A stretch of 61,827 nt of DNA, filler included, from Asterionella formosa (Eukaryota), in NCBI GenBank assembly GCA_002256025.1. It is 27 parts of 27 records of this genome, joined end to end, with 100 filler letters (N's around TTAATTAATTAA, not from the genome) between each part and the next. Parts side by side here need not be neighbours in the genome. Positions count along the whole stretch, not along the records: positions 59,641 to 61,827 come from NKIB01000269.1; 26 more parts are not named here. The stretch is one strand, 5' to 3'. The translations under genes and the position numbers were made by a program. Each line of letters starts with the position of its first letter. The stretch's first letter is position 1. Shown in pieces: positions 59,641 to 61,827 of the stretch. The notes under the pieces are model-generated. The model saw only the letters and a program-made list of their open reading frames with translations. It ran no database searches and was not told the DNA's origin.

Positions 59641-61827
59641 ATACTGACCAACCATTGCGCCTAGATAGCGGCAAGGTGCGTTCCCTGGATCTTCAACAAC
59701 CTTAAGTGTAAAATAACAAGCTAATTCTTTGACTAACTCATCAGCTGCCGCTGAAATGAGCATAACATCATCGACGTAGACCAATGCATATTCATAGTAT
59801 GCTGAGCCATCCAGTTTTGTTGCTTTCCTCAACCACAGATCTGGATCAGCCTCACAAGCATAGAAATGCAAGTGATCACGTAACACAGAAGCCAGATGTG
59901 CCCGAAAGGCGGCACCAGCAGACTTCAGACCATAAAGAACACGAACGATCTTCAGCACACGACCTTTCAGCGGGCCAAATTCGTCCCCTGCCACAACATA
60001 ATAACGCTCTGTCACAGGCGCTGTCAAATAAGCATTCCCAATGTCTGTCAGCCGTAGATTTAATCCATTTAGACCGGCAACCAACAAGGCAATGCGAATT
60101 GTCTCCCTAGAAACGACACTTGAATATGTGATTGCCTTTGGGGGGTCAGTCCTATGACCTCCTGCCACATACCTAGCCTTGCGCGTGAAGTCCATCTTGA
60201 CATCCCAGACTATATGTCCCGGAATCTTCTTGTACCCAGGAACGTGGGTTGCCTTTTCTGGCTGAACTTCAAAAGCTATCATCACTGCAGACATCTCCTT
60301 GCGGAGAGCATCCATCCAAAATGTATTACCATTTTCATGGTCCAACCTTGCTGCGTCGGGAATGCTACTTGGCATTTGAACCCCAAATTTAAAACCAGCT
60401 CGGTGGTGTCTACTCTGTGTTGCCCTGATGATTCGTTTCTTGCGTCTTAAGACCATTGGAACCCACCAATCAAAAGCAGGCTCGGTTTCGATTTGGTTCG
60501 CTTTGGCATATTCAGCAACTTCAATTGGATTTGTTTGCTTCAAAGTCTTTAATGGGGGCCAGGATGTAGATCCGTCCCTCCATTCGACTTCTAGATCCCA
60601 ACCAGTTGTTGTTTTCTTCTTATAATGTTTCCCATTTCGCTGGAAGTATTGATCACTCTTCTCCACAGCCTTCCTTGAATCACGGCGATGGTCCACAATT
60701 TCTTTGAAGAGTTGGTACTGTCTACCCTCCTCGTCTACCTGACTGAGGAGATGCTCTGCCAATATATTGTATGCGATTTGCTGTCGCTCACCATCTAAGA
60801 ATTCGACCTCATAAACCCTGGAATCTAACCTTGTTGGAAACCTGTGCTTTCGCCCAACCAGGTTCCCGTTTGCATCCCGCTTTCGTTTAATGACCGCTGC
60901 AATCATATCGCCCTCCTGGTGTGGAAGTACGACCTGAGCCTTAATCAGTGGATCGAAACTGGGACCATTAGGATCTTCTTCCAGATCTTCATCTGTAGGG
61001 AGAATGCCATCAGGGGTAGCCTCGAAGATCTCTTCTTCAGGCTCATCTACCTCAGACTGGAGGATAGCATCATTATCATGGACCCCAACATGCTCCTTTA
61101 TCCTAGTCTCAAATTCTTTCATTTCATCTCTCAGCATTGGATACTTTAAATAATCATCATCGACAATCGGCCTCACAGTCGACCGAGCGATGTACCGCCC
61201 ATTCGCCTTAAGTACATAGTAACATAAAGCTTGCCCAACGCTCTTGGAGGGGCCAAGCCATCTCCCGAGTTTCCGTCGGGCCAGGCCACTCTCGTCCATA
61301 TCATTGGGATCATAGTAAATCACAAACTGATAGAAATCGAAATCTGTATACTCCGAAATATCAGGAGTATCACCTGTCATCACTTCATATGGAGATCGAC
61401 CCTCAAGTGCAGGTCTAGACATGAGCTCACGGATGTTGGAGGTATATTCCGCTGCAAAACACCATAGCATGTCTGGACATCTGTACCTATTCATGATACA
61501 ACGCCAATGCGTCTTGAATTGTCCAATCTCGCTCTCAGCTCTGTTCATCCAGGGGCTGTGAGGCTCTGTTGTTGTGCGAGGAACTAAGTGGATCTTCCGG
61601 ACTCTCTCGAACTCTGTGAAGTCCCCTGTTTCCGCAGCTGCATTGTCTGAGTGGATACCTAGTTCTGGAATTCCATATTGCCGGATGGCCGCATTGAATC
61701 TATCCCCACAATCTGCCTCAGAGCGCATTGGATACACCTTGGCCCAACACTGATCATTACAGAAAAGTTGTGCACATGTGTGTCCCCTCACCGACTTCAC
61801 CTTGTCCTTGGGAAACATGGTATCAGT
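59641..61827 (-). CDS. CoDi-type Ty1/copia Pol: integrase, linker and RT (open, truncated at both ends)
   Basis: DTMF..RGHTCAQLF, HSDNAAAE, PWMNRAESEIG, TPDISEYTDFDFY; RT DVKMDFTRKARYVAGGH, DIGNAYL, LYGLKSAG, YVDD; IN-before-RT order. Confidence 0.97.

Overview
This window is not a contiguous locus. It is 27 short contigs (about 2.18-2.20 kb each, almost perfectly size-sorted) joined by artificial 100-nt spacers (N44-TTAATTAATTAA-N44, stops in all six frames), so adjacency across spacers means nothing. The DNA is eukaryotic and most likely from a pennate diatom, judged from the 18S rDNA 5' end and the CoDi-type Ty1/copia elements. Most contigs are transposable-element fragments: several Ty1/copia (CoDi-like) gag/pol pieces, non-LTR retrotransposons, pogo-, Plavaka- and Mutator-like DNA transposons, Harbinger-type TIRs and dispersed repeats. 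Host genes are a PUF RNA-binding protein, a GT10 fucosyltransferase, a dolichol kinase, a Cys/Pro-rich membrane protein and a pseudogene missing from the ORF track that may carry a PyShell-like domain. The most interesting observations are: (1) an open non-LTR retrotransposon whose A-rich 3' tail joins directly onto the 3' part of a 28S rRNA gene in sense orientation, at a site far from the classical R1/R2 sites, making it a candidate new rDNA-targeting retroelement; (2) two unrelated copia families in which gag and pol are in the same frame separated by a TGA (candidate stop-codon readthrough), one of them with a ~230-aa multi-transmembrane segment between Gag and the protease. All family assignments come from motif recognition by eye; no database searches were run.
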